DNA from: Myxococcota bacterium
GTDB taxonomy: Bacteria > Myxococcota > UBA4151
Assembly: GCA_036338695.1 (NCBI GenBank)
Contig: JAYZBQ010000063.1
Span: 1-53,366, forward strand
Length of the DNA: 53,366 nt
Direction of reading: 5' to 3'
Part shown: positions 31,498 to 40,345 of the stretch, piece after piece
Position numbering within the stretch: position 1 is the first letter of the stretch
Layout: each line of letters opens with the position of its first letter
Position numbers and translations under genes: made by a program
Notes under the pieces: model-generated
Databases searched by the model: none
What the model was told of the DNA's origin: nothing
The model's input: the letters and a program-made list of their open reading frames with translations, nothing else

Positions 31498-32426
31498 CGC
31501 AATCGCTTGATGCGCTGGGCGCTCTTCTTTGCGAAGCCGCCACTGCCTTTGCTGCTCGCCATCTTATAAAAGGCGCGTGCGCCCGCTTTATCGCCGAGCA
31601 TCTCAAAGCACTCGCCCATGCGAAAGACAGCCTTGGTCCACATGTCGGCCTTGGACGCGCCCATCTTGTAGACCTTCTGAAACGACTGGATGGCGCGCTT
31701 GGGCTTCTTTTGACCTTTGAGCGCCTCGCCGATGTACACGTAGGCGTCGTCGAGCGCCGAGCGCTTACTCGGCTTCTTTCCGTGCAACTTGACCCAGCGC
31801 TCGAGCAGCTCCACGGCTCGTCCATAGCGGCGATCGCGCAGCGCATCTCGGCCGCCCCGAAACAGCGCACGCGAGCTGTCGTCCACCTTCTCGGCCGGCG
31901 CCGTCGCGCCCGCCGGCTTGGCTCGCTCCTGAGGATCGCTCTTGACCGGTTTCGCGGGAGCTTGGACCACCTTGGCTTTGGGCGGTGGCGCCTGCGCTAG
32001 GGCCTTGAGTTGCTCTTCGAGCGCAGCGAGGCGTTCGCTCAAGCTGCTCTGCGCGGACCGCAGCGCCTCGAGCTCTGGGTTCGCTGCCGGGCTCTGGCGA
32101 GCCTGGTGCTCCATCGTCTCGAGCCGCCCCTCGATCGTCGCCATCCCCTGGCGCATGGCGACCAATTCTTCGCCGAAATTGGCGTCCGCTCGGCGAGCGA
32201 TCTTGTCCACCTTCGCCATCGTCTCACGGATGCGCTCAGCGTCACGTTGTGCCTGCGCCACGCGCTCCCTGAGCAGCGCATCGTCGGTCTCCGCGCGGTC
32301 CTCGACCGCGACCAAACGATCGCGCAGGATCCGCAGATCATTCTCCATCGCCTGACCTTGGCTCAGCGGTACGAAGCAGCCGCCGAGCCCAAGGGCCAGC
32401 GCAGCGGTCAGGGTCGCCTTGATCAT
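31494..32426 (-). CDS. cpoB: CpoB/YbgF-like TPR lipoprotein
   Basis: Lipobox LGGC, long coiled coil, C-terminal TPRs (AYVYIGEAL, AVFRMGECF..LGDKAGARAFY); directly downstream of pal. Confidence 0.75.
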   Translation of the reverse strand: MIKATLTAALALGLGGCFVPLSQGQAMENDLRILRDRLVAVEDRAETDDALLRERVAQAQRDAERIRETMAKVDKIARRADANFGEELVAMRQGMATIEGRLETMEHQARQSPAANPELEALRSAQSSLSERLAALEEQLKALAQAPPPKAKVVQAPAKPVKSDPQERAKPAGATAPAEKVDDSSRALFRGGRDALRDRRYGRAVELLERWVKLHGKKPSKRSALDDAYVYIGEALKGQKKPKRAIQSFQKVYKMGASKADMWTKAVFRMGECFEMLGDKAGARAFYKMASSKGSGGFAKKSAQRIKRLR

Positions 32427-33205
32427 GGTCGCTTGAACTCGGCGCGGCGATTCTTCTGCCACGAGCTCTCGTTGCTGCCTTCGGCGATGGGTCGCTCTTC
32501 ACCGTAGCTGATCACCGACAGCTTGGACTCTGGGACACCCAGATTCACCAGATAGCGCTTGATCGCCTGCGCTCGACGCTCGCCGAGGTGCAGGTTGTAC
32601 TCTTGCGTGCCGCGCTCATCGGCGTGACCGACGATGCCGAGCTCGGCCGCTTCGAGGGTGGTGAGGCAGCGCGCAATCCGGTCCAGGCGCGCTTTCGCTT
32701 CATCGCTCAAGTCACCGAGGTTGAACGCAAAGGGTACCGCCGCCCAGAGCTTGCCGTCTTGGTCTGCGCAAGGCCCCTCTCCCGCCGTCTCCGACTTGAG
32801 CGCAACACAGCGGCGCTCCTGGCAGGCCTGATCGGCGCTGCAGTCTTGATCGACCGCACAGTCAGGCGCGGCGCAGACCTTGTTTTTACAGATCTGATCT
32901 TCACCGCACTCTTCGTCGATCTGACAGGCCTTCGGCGCCGCGACGCAGGCACCCGCTTGACAGACCGAGGCGCCCTGACAGTCGTCATTCGTTGCGCACT
33001 CTGGCTTCGCCTTACAGACGTTCTCCACACACTCCTGACCGTCGGCGCAGTCGGCATGCTCGATGCATTGCTGACAGGTCCCAAAGACGCATCGCTGCCC
33101 CTTCTCCTGACAATGTTCATCCGTTTTGCAGTTCGGATAAGCGGGCGGCTTTGGGCAGCCGGCCAGCCCAACGAGTAACCCGAGGATAAGCCAGCGTTGC
33201 GTCAT
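32423..33205 (-). CDS. pal: Peptidoglycan-associated (OmpA/Pal) lipoprotein with Cys-rich N-terminal repeats
   Basis: Lipobox LAGC; five Cys-rich repeats; IVGHADERGTQEYNLHLGERRA...SYGEERP...NRRAEF. Confidence 0.85.
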   Translation of the reverse strand: MTQRWLILGLLVGLAGCPKPPAYPNCKTDEHCQEKGQRCVFGTCQQCIEHADCADGQECVENVCKAKPECATNDDCQGASVCQAGACVAAPKACQIDEECGEDQICKNKVCAAPDCAVDQDCSADQACQERRCVALKSETAGEGPCADQDGKLWAAVPFAFNLGDLSDEAKARLDRIARCLTTLEAAELGIVGHADERGTQEYNLHLGERRAQAIKRYLVNLGVPESKLSVISYGEERPIAEGSNESSWQKNRRAEFKRP

Positions 33206-33834
33206 GATGTACTCCTTCGATCAGGGTTAGGACGCCAGGTCGGGACATCTATTTCATCGGTTTCACACCAATGAACCTTGTCTTGCCATGCCCCACGACG
33301 CCCCGTTGGCCAACCGTTATCGTCCGGATAACCGACATGCAGAACGCCCATCATCTTGGCTCGGCCGCTGCACCCGAAGGCTTGAGCGACGTGCGGATGC
33401 GCCGACGGGAAACCGGTCGACCAGAACACGCTGACCCCAAGCGCACGCGCCAGGACCCCCATGTTTTGGATGGCGCAGGCGACCGCCCACTCCTCTTCGT
33501 GCTCGATCACCTTGGCGAGATCACTCGGCTGGCACACGACGCCGATCACGACCGGCGAGCGCAGCGGCTTGTTGGCGACCTTGAGACGCGTGCGCTCGTC
33601 AGCGTCCGGCCGATCGACCTCAAGCGCCTCGGTATACACCCGCGAGAGGTGCTCTAGCGCGGCGCCTTGCACCACGACAAAACGCCACGGCTCGGTGCGG
33701 CGGTGGCTCGGCGCCCAATTGGCGGCTTCGAGCAGCTGCTCGAGCACGTCCCTCGGGACCGGTCGGTTGGACATCGCACCCGGCGTCACCATCCGGCGCT
33801 GTGCGATCACCTCGGCGCAAATTTTGGCGTCCAC
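33202..33834 (-). CDS. Nitroreductase family protein (YdjA-like)
   Basis: LLEAANWAPSHRRTEPWRFVVV, CAIQNM, FWSTG. GTG 33834 with GAGGAG RBS. Confidence 0.88.
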   Translation of the reverse strand: MDAKICAEVIAQRRMVTPGAMSNRPVPRDVLEQLLEAANWAPSHRRTEPWRFVVVQGAALEHLSRVYTEALEVDRPDADERTRLKVANKPLRSPVVIGVVCQPSDLAKVIEHEEEWAVACAIQNMGVLARALGVSVFWSTGFPSAHPHVAQAFGCSGRAKMMGVLHVGYPDDNGWPTGRRGAWQDKVHWCETDEIDVPTWRPNPDRRSTS

Positions 33835-33835
33835 G

Positions 33836-36307
33836 CTAAAACTCCTCCTCAAAACCAAATTCAGCCGACCCGCTCTCTAAGGGCGCGACCTCCTTGGGCG
33901 CGGTGCCCGCCAAGAAGCTCTCCCGGCGGCCGTTGGTTGCGCCCTCTCGAGCCAGCTTTCCTGTCTTTGGATCAATCGTGGCGAAGGTGATGCCCGGCGG
34001 CACAGCGAACTTCGTCTTTGGCGAGTCACCCACCGCCACCTTCATAAAGTCTAACCACAGCGGCGCAGCGACCCCGCCGCCGGTCATGGCGCGCCCCATC
34101 GGGTCATTGTTGTCGAACCCAATGTAGATCCCGCACACGAGGTCCGGCGTGTAGCCAATGAACCAAGCGCTTCGCTGCTCGTTGGTCGTCCCCGTCTTCC
34201 CTGCGACCTCGCGCCCGAGGGCACGCACCGAGGCTGCTGTCCCGCCCTCGACGACCGAGCGCATCAGGCTGGTCGTCAGGAACGCAACGTCTGGGCTGAT
34301 CACCTGGCGCAGGCGCGTCTTGCTCGCGAACAGCTTCTCACCGTGACGGTCCTGAACACGCGCCAAGAAGACAGGCGGCGCATAGCGCCCGCCCGTCGCC
34401 AAGGTGGCGTAGGCGTTGGTGAGCTCGAGCGGCAGCACCTCGCCGGACCCGAGTGAGATGGTCAGGTCGTTGGGCAGCCGGCTCTCGACGCCGAGCGCTT
34501 GCGCCAAGCTGCGGATCTGAGCCGCGCCCACCGACTCGGCGATCTGGATTGAGCAGGTGTTCTTTGAGTGGGTCAGGCAGTGCCTCACCGAGATGTCGCC
34601 CTCGAAGTCGCCGCCATAGTTCTTTGGTTTCCACGAGTTCTTCTTGTCGGCGTTTCGGTACACCTTCGGGGAGTCCGAGATCATCGTCGCAGCGGTAAAT
34701 TTGCGGCTGCGCAAGCCTGCGCCGTAGACGATGGGCTTAAAGGCAGAGCCCGGCTGACGACGCCCCTGGATCACACGGTTGAAGGGGCTGTCGCGAAACG
34801 CGTAGCCGCCGATCATGGCGACGACATCGCGCGTCCTTGGATTGATCGCGACGAGCGCCCCTTGAACCTTGGGCTTTTGATCCAACCGCATGGTGAGGAC
34901 CTGGCCTTTGATGCCGGTGAGCTCGACGAGCACCACGTCGCCGACCTTGAGCCAGCTGTAGGGCCGCTGAGCCTTACCCCACTGCCGCGCCATGTTGCCC
35001 GGTAGGATCTTCTGCCAGGCGCGCTCGCCCAGATCCACAAAGCCACCGTAACCACCCCCAAACTCCACCCGAGCGAAGCGCTCACGCCCGCGCCGCTTCG
35101 TCTTTTTGCCCGTCTTTGGGTCGACATCGAGCGCCGTGATGCGCACGCCCAACTGCACCCCTGGCCCCGGTTGCACCGAATTGACGGCTGCATCGAAGGC
35201 TTCTTGGCTGGCGAGCGCCTCGTCGGTGATCCCTTTGAGATCCCACAACGAGCCTTTCTTCAGCGTCTTTTTCGCGAGCCTTTGGCTGAGCTGTTCGAGC
35301 GCTTTGTCACTCTTCGCTCGCCAGAGCGCGCCGCGATAGCCCTGCGCTCGGTCGACGCGCTCGAGCCCGCGCCGCAACGCGGCGCGCCCGGCGGCCTGCA
35401 TCCTCAGGTCGACCGCGCTGCGCACGTCGAGACCACCTCGATAGAGGGTCTCGCGCCCGTACTCCTCCTCAAGCATTCGGCGCACGTGTTCGGCATAATA
35501 GGGCGCAACCTCAAGGTAGGGGTTCTCACTCGGCTTGAGCGCTAAGCCCTTCGCCTTCGCCTCAGCGACCTTATCGGCGCCGACAAACTTCTTGCGGACC
35601 ATCATGTCGAGCACCCACTCACGGCGGCTTTGCGCGCGCTCGGGGTGCCGCAGCGGGTTGTAGTTGTTCGGGCTCTTTGGCAGCGCCGCCAACATCGCCG
35701 CCTCGGCGAGCGTGATCTCGCCGACGTCGTGACCAAAGTAATGCCGGCTCGCCTCTTGGACCCCGTAGGAGCCCGCACCAAAGTAAATATGGTTTAGGTA
35801 CAAAAAGAGGATCTCTTCCTTGGTGAAGCGCTCCTCGATGCGCCAGGTCAGCAGGATCTCTTTGATCTTGCGGACATAGGTCTTCTCTTTGGTCAGCAGG
35901 AACGCCCGGGCGGTCTGCTGCGTAATCGTCGAGGCGCCCTGCGCCCTGCGCCCCGAGAACACGTTCTTGAACACGGCGCGCACGATGCCCAGGTAGTCGA
36001 CCCCGCCGTGCTCGAAGAATCCGTCATCTTCAGCCGCCAAGAAGGCGTCGATGAGGACCTTGGGCACCTGATCGAGTGGGACGATGGTTCGCCGCTCGTC
36101 AAAGAAGGAGGCGAGCAAACGCTTCCCCTCACGATCCCAGACCTTAGTGATGATGGGCGGCTTATAATCGCCCATCGAGTCGATGCGGGGCAGGTCGCGT
36201 GAGAAGTACCAGTATCCCCATCCGGCGACGCCCACGCCGGCGAGCGACGCAACGGTCGTTGCGATCAGAAGAATTTTGAGGAGTCCGCCGCGTCGTTTCA
36301 CATCCAC
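33836..36307 (-). CDS. mrcA: Class A penicillin-binding protein 1A
   Basis: N-terminal TM helix; GT51 motifs EDDGFFEHGG, GASTITQQ, RKIKE; transpeptidase motifs SAFK, SKN, KTG; insertion domain typical of PBP1A. Confidence 0.93.
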   Translation of the reverse strand: MDVKRRGGLLKILLIATTVASLAGVGVAGWGYWYFSRDLPRIDSMGDYKPPIITKVWDREGKRLLASFFDERRTIVPLDQVPKVLIDAFLAAEDDGFFEHGGVDYLGIVRAVFKNVFSGRRAQGASTITQQTARAFLLTKEKTYVRKIKEILLTWRIEERFTKEEILFLYLNHIYFGAGSYGVQEASRHYFGHDVGEITLAEAAMLAALPKSPNNYNPLRHPERAQSRREWVLDMMVRKKFVGADKVAEAKAKGLALKPSENPYLEVAPYYAEHVRRMLEEEYGRETLYRGGLDVRSAVDLRMQAAGRAALRRGLERVDRAQGYRGALWRAKSDKALEQLSQRLAKKTLKKGSLWDLKGITDEALASQEAFDAAVNSVQPGPGVQLGVRITALDVDPKTGKKTKRRGRERFARVEFGGGYGGFVDLGERAWQKILPGNMARQWGKAQRPYSWLKVGDVVLVELTGIKGQVLTMRLDQKPKVQGALVAINPRTRDVVAMIGGYAFRDSPFNRVIQGRRQPGSAFKPIVYGAGLRSRKFTAATMISDSPKVYRNADKKNSWKPKNYGGDFEGDISVRHCLTHSKNTCSIQIAESVGAAQIRSLAQALGVESRLPNDLTISLGSGEVLPLELTNAYATLATGGRYAPPVFLARVQDRHGEKLFASKTRLRQVISPDVAFLTTSLMRSVVEGGTAASVRALGREVAGKTGTTNEQRSAWFIGYTPDLVCGIYIGFDNNDPMGRAMTGGGVAAPLWLDFMKVAVGDSPKTKFAVPPGITFATIDPKTGKLAREGATNGRRESFLAGTAPKEVAPLESGSAEFGFEEEF

Positions 36308-36361
36308 ACCCTTGCCCTCGCGCTTCGGCGCAAAGCAGCGAAAGGTTTATCCAGCCACGCG

Positions 36362-37909
36362 CTAGATTTTCAGTCGATGCCAACGCCCTGACGCGAACAT
36401 CGCGCCCATCGACAGGAACAAGATCATGACAAAGCCCATCGCGGCGAGCCATACCCCGGACAAGCCCCAGCCCAAGCTCAGACCGAACCAGCGCGCGCCG
36501 GGCACCAACCAGAGAATTCCGACCACGGTGACGCCCGCTACAAAGCGCGGCATCCCGGCGCTATAAAGCGCTTGGGTCAACACCAGCGCCCCGACCACGA
36601 AGAAGGCGCCGAGCCCGACGATGCGCAGCGGCGAGGCGGCTGCGGCGTGGAGCGCCGTGTCTTCGGGATTAAAGATCGCCGCGATCGACTCGGGCGCTGC
36701 GACCAAGACCAAGCCCAAGAGCGCCATCAAGCTGCCGCCGATGACCACGGTCCACCAACCATCCTTGGACGCCTCGCCCGGATGCCCGGCACCCATCTGT
36801 TGACTCACGAGCGTCGCCGAGGCGGCGCCAAAGCCAAACCCAGTCATGAAGAACACCATCATCACGGCGATGATCACCTGGGTCGCCGCCTGATACAGGC
36901 TCGTGGTGGTCCCGAGCTTGACCGCCGCCGCTGCGATCGCCGCCTCGCTCATGGAGCTCGGGTCCAAGCCCGCTGCGGCTAACTCCTCATGGACGCGCAC
37001 GACGTCGAGGTCGGCGACCACCTTATCAAAGAGGAGAAAGCCTGCCGTCATCAACGCCGTCGCCACCCCGTTGGGTAAGCTGAAGGTGAAGATTTTCCCC
37101 ATCAGGCGCCAGTCCAAGTTACTGACACGCCAGAGCTTGAAGCGCTTGAAGTCACGTAGGCTGCTCCACGCGACCAGCGCCACGAGCCCGATGACCGAAG
37201 AGATCGCCGAAGCCCACGCAGCGCCCACCGTCTCCAGACGAGGAAACCCATAGACGCCAAAGACAAGCGCATAGTCGAGGGCGATGTTGAACGCGTTCAT
37301 ACCAAACGCGATCACCATGAAGATCCAGGTCTTGCCGAGCCCATCAAAGAACGCCCGCTGCGATGCGGTCCAGACGATAATGACCAAGGCGACGAGCCGC
37401 ACCTCACTGTAAGCGACCCCGGTTCGAATGACGCCTTCAGCGCCCGCCGAAATGTAGCCGAACAAAGACGGCAGGCTCAGGATCGAGATGATGGTGAACA
37501 AGGCGCTCAAAAGGATCGTCAAGACCACCGAGTTGAAGGCGACCCTTCCCACGGCGAGCTCATCACCTTCACCATCTCGGCGCGCCACCATCGCCTGCGT
37601 CCCGATGGCGAGCGATGACAGCATGCCGGCGTAGAGCCAAAGCACCTTCGTCGAGATCCCCACCGCCGCCTGACCGTCGGTCCGCACCGACTCGAGCAAG
37701 GCTTTGGCTGAGTCAGCGGCCTGAGGCGAGTACTGGGGATCCATTGCGGTCCCGATTTGCCCAATGAAGAAGAGGTCGACCTGGTTAATCAGCCCCTGCG
37801 TCACCAACGCGATAGCGCTAGGTAACGCAATGGCGAGAATCCGCCGAATACGCTGCGGCAACGGATCGCCTGGGGCGTCTGTCGACCTGTTGGCGTCTTC
37901 GAGATTCAA
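36362..37909 (-). CDS. MATE family efflux transporter
   Basis: ILAIALP, VDLFFIG, GLGKT, NIALDYALVFG.YGFPRL..VGAAWAS, TLVSQQMGAG, WGLSGVW; about 12 TM helices. Confidence 0.92.
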   Translation of the reverse strand: MNLEDANRSTDAPGDPLPQRIRRILAIALPSAIALVTQGLINQVDLFFIGQIGTAMDPQYSPQAADSAKALLESVRTDGQAAVGISTKVLWLYAGMLSSLAIGTQAMVARRDGEGDELAVGRVAFNSVVLTILLSALFTIISILSLPSLFGYISAGAEGVIRTGVAYSEVRLVALVIIVWTASQRAFFDGLGKTWIFMVIAFGMNAFNIALDYALVFGVYGFPRLETVGAAWASAISSVIGLVALVAWSSLRDFKRFKLWRVSNLDWRLMGKIFTFSLPNGVATALMTAGFLLFDKVVADLDVVRVHEELAAAGLDPSSMSEAAIAAAAVKLGTTTSLYQAATQVIIAVMMVFFMTGFGFGAASATLVSQQMGAGHPGEASKDGWWTVVIGGSLMALLGLVLVAAPESIAAIFNPEDTALHAAAASPLRIVGLGAFFVVGALVLTQALYSAGMPRFVAGVTVVGILWLVPGARWFGLSLGWGLSGVWLAAMGFVMILFLSMGAMFASGRWHRLKI

Positions 37910-37978
37910 CGCAGCTCCTTGATCGCTTAGGCGCTCCGGGGCGCGTGCGCTCCCGACACCTAGTTCAGCACCCTGCGC

Positions 37979-39085
37979 TCACGGAGCGCTCGGGCGCTCG
38001 CTGAGCTTTAGATTCCAACCGGGCGGCGTGACAAGGCCGCGCACGCGCTCGTGCGACAGGCTCGCCTCGATCGCTACGCGCACGACCCCATCGGGACCCA
38101 GCCACCGAGCGCGATCGGCAGGCGCTCGTAGAAAGTCAAACCCATCGAATTGGACGGTCTGCGGAGTGCGCTGAATGACCCCTTGAGTCCCTGTCCGGTG
38201 AACGCTCACCCCCGGCAGACCCCCCGTGATCTTACCCCAGCTCGGCTCGTCCATCCCCTCGGGTAGATCCACCTTGAGCAAGGTGTGTGCGCCCGCTTTG
38301 GACACCCACTGACGCCGCACAAGTTGGGTAAAGCGCGCATGCTGGAATTCTTCGATCAAGAACGGCAGCACCTCGACGACGCCACCTCGACCGCAATCGA
38401 TCGCTTGCAGCTTAAGCCGCCCCGCTTGAACGTCCACATCCGCCACGTCGGCACCACTAAAGATGATGGTGGCCTCGCCCTTTTTGGTCTCGAGCTCCAT
38501 CCGCAGCGCCAGCGCCTCGATGCTCTTCTCTTTCGGCAAGTCCGAGATCATCCAGACCTTTGCGCCGTAGACGGACTTGAGCTGCGCCAACCCAGCGCTG
38601 AGTTGCGCGGCGTCAGCTGCTCGTACGCGCCAACAGCGACCCGACTTGAGCGCAGGCGGCACCGGGTTAGGAAACGGAAGCGTCGGGTCCATCGCCGCGC
38701 GCACCCGCGCGCCGCCCAGGCGACCGCTGATCTGCGCCATCAGCCGGGTCAGGTCGATACGCCCGGAGGCCTCATCCCATGATCCCCCCTGCCGCTGCGC
38801 CAGCAACACCGCTGAGCGCTCACCCGCTACAACAAACTCAGGGACAGGGATCTGGCTGCGCAGCGCGCTCTGCACCGCTCCGTGCGCCGCCAGCTTTTGC
38901 AACACCAGCGCCACGAGCTCACGCTGTTCCGGATCGCTCAGGTCAATCGGCGAGGAGGCGCTCAACTCGAGCCACTGCTCACTCGCTTCCGGGGCATCCG
39001 TTAGAGGCGGCTCACCGATGGAGCGCGCCGCGAGGTAAGCCGCGACGGCGATCGCCACCAAGAGGCCCCACGTCGTGCGCTTCAT
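37979..39085 (-). CDS. Hypothetical exported or membrane-anchored protein
   Basis: ATG 39085 overlaps the rhomboid stop; N-terminal hydrophobic helix. Confidence 0.7.
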   Translation of the reverse strand: MKRTTWGLLVAIAVAAYLAARSIGEPPLTDAPEASEQWLELSASSPIDLSDPEQRELVALVLQKLAAHGAVQSALRSQIPVPEFVVAGERSAVLLAQRQGGSWDEASGRIDLTRLMAQISGRLGGARVRAAMDPTLPFPNPVPPALKSGRCWRVRAADAAQLSAGLAQLKSVYGAKVWMISDLPKEKSIEALALRMELETKKGEATIIFSGADVADVDVQAGRLKLQAIDCGRGGVVEVLPFLIEEFQHARFTQLVRRQWVSKAGAHTLLKVDLPEGMDEPSWGKITGGLPGVSVHRTGTQGVIQRTPQTVQFDGFDFLRAPADRARWLGPDGVVRVAIEASLSHERVRGLVTPPGWNLKLSERPSAP

Positions 39086-40182
39086 CGCAGCAGACCCAGC
39101 CGGCGCGCCTCGGCTCGAATCCACTCGTTGTGTTGCCCGATCAGCGCGTTGGCGCGCTCGCCGCCACCGGGGATGTCGGGCTGTTCGATCAGCTCAGCGA
39201 GCCCGTCAAGAACCTCGGCGGGAACCCCCTCAAGCTGGGGCCGCAGGTCGTCATAACACCGCCATCCAGACGCCTTGCGCCGCTCTGGCTTGCTCAACAT
39301 CCCGACCCCTTGCTGGACACATTTCTCATAGGCCTGCAGCTCACCCAAGGTCGGCTTTTGCAGGTTAAACCCCATCATCAGAAAGCTGGCAGCGACGAGC
39401 CCGGCGGTCGCGGCGCTCAGCCCGCTAAGCGCCTGGTAGGCGCGACGGCTGCGCAAGCCCTCGACGAGCAAAAGCGTCAGCCCGCCCCCGACGAACCCGC
39501 CGAGGTGCGCGCCGTGCGCAACGCTCCCGACGATCAAGCCAAAGACCGTGACAAAGAGCAAAATCCGAAACATCTCGCGGGTGAGTTCATTGTCCCATGT
39601 CCCCGCACGGCGCATGCCGAGGCCGGCGAGCGCGCCGATCAGCGCCATGATCGAGCCGCTCGCTCCGAGCACCGGGTTGCCGAGCGCGAGCTCGACCAAC
39701 GAGCCGGTCAAGCCGCCTAGGATGTAGATCAGTCAGAAGCCCCGGTTGCCGAAGAGCTGCTCGGCTGTCGGGCCGAGCTGCGCCAAGAAATACATATTGA
39801 ACCCGATGTGCATCAGGCCGCCGTGCAGGAACAGGCAGGTGATCAGGCGCCACCACTCACCGGCAAAAACCAAAGCCTGAACCTGCAGGCCCAGCTGCAG
39901 CTGGACCGAGTTGCTCGGGCTCAGTAGACCAAAGAGCCCTGCGCCCGACACGTCCGCCCCGCTGCGCAGGGTCACGGCCAAACCGATCACAAACAAGGCG
40001 ACGTTGGCGAGCAGCACCAGACGCCACCACGCCACGCCCTCGCCCGCGCTCGTCGCCGTTCGCGTGGCGCCAGCGAGCAGCCGCCCGCGCATGCCAAGGT
40101 CGGCGCCGCAGTGGTAGCAGGTCTGATCGTCTGCGCCGACCAGCTTGCGGCATTTTGGGCACAGCTTCGGTCGACCGGTCAC
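39082..40182 (-). pseudogene. Rhomboid intramembrane serine protease with N-terminal zinc ribbon, interrupted by one in-frame TGA at 39733-39735
   Basis: The two track ORFs are in the same frame: ...EQLFGNRGF*LIYILGGLTGS... Motifs CPKC...CYHC, GEWWRL, FLHGG..HI.FN, catalytic GASG and AHLGG are intact. GTG 40182 with GAGGAGG RBS. Confidence 0.85.
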
Positions 40183-40244
40183 GGCACCCTCCTCGTTCCA
40201 CGCTGTCCTGTGGACACCGTTTGATCGCATCGGTCAACTGTCGA

Positions 40245-40271
40245 GAAACCGCCGCTGCGTCCACCCGATAA
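40245..40271 (+). promoter_or_regulatory. Putative sigma28-like promoter
   Basis: GAAA-N15-CCCGATAA, intergenic, about 75 nt upstream of ATG 40346. Confidence 0.4.
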
Positions 40272-40345
40272 AGGGACCGAGCTTGCCGCCTATTCCTCCT
40301 TGGTACAGGCTGCACCATACAGACGGAACCCGCAGGGAGAAATTC

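Noticed and set aside
39733..39735. Genome-wide TGA reassignment (genetic code 4 or 25)
   Set aside because: TGA terminates many conserved genes here at their expected ends (epmA, trmB, fbaA, pyrE, ribD, rpiB).
39689..39735. Selenocysteine insertion with a SECIS element in the rhomboid gene
   Set aside because: The position is a non-catalytic hydrophobic TM residue, and hairpins are common in GC-rich DNA. Kept only as a minor alternative.
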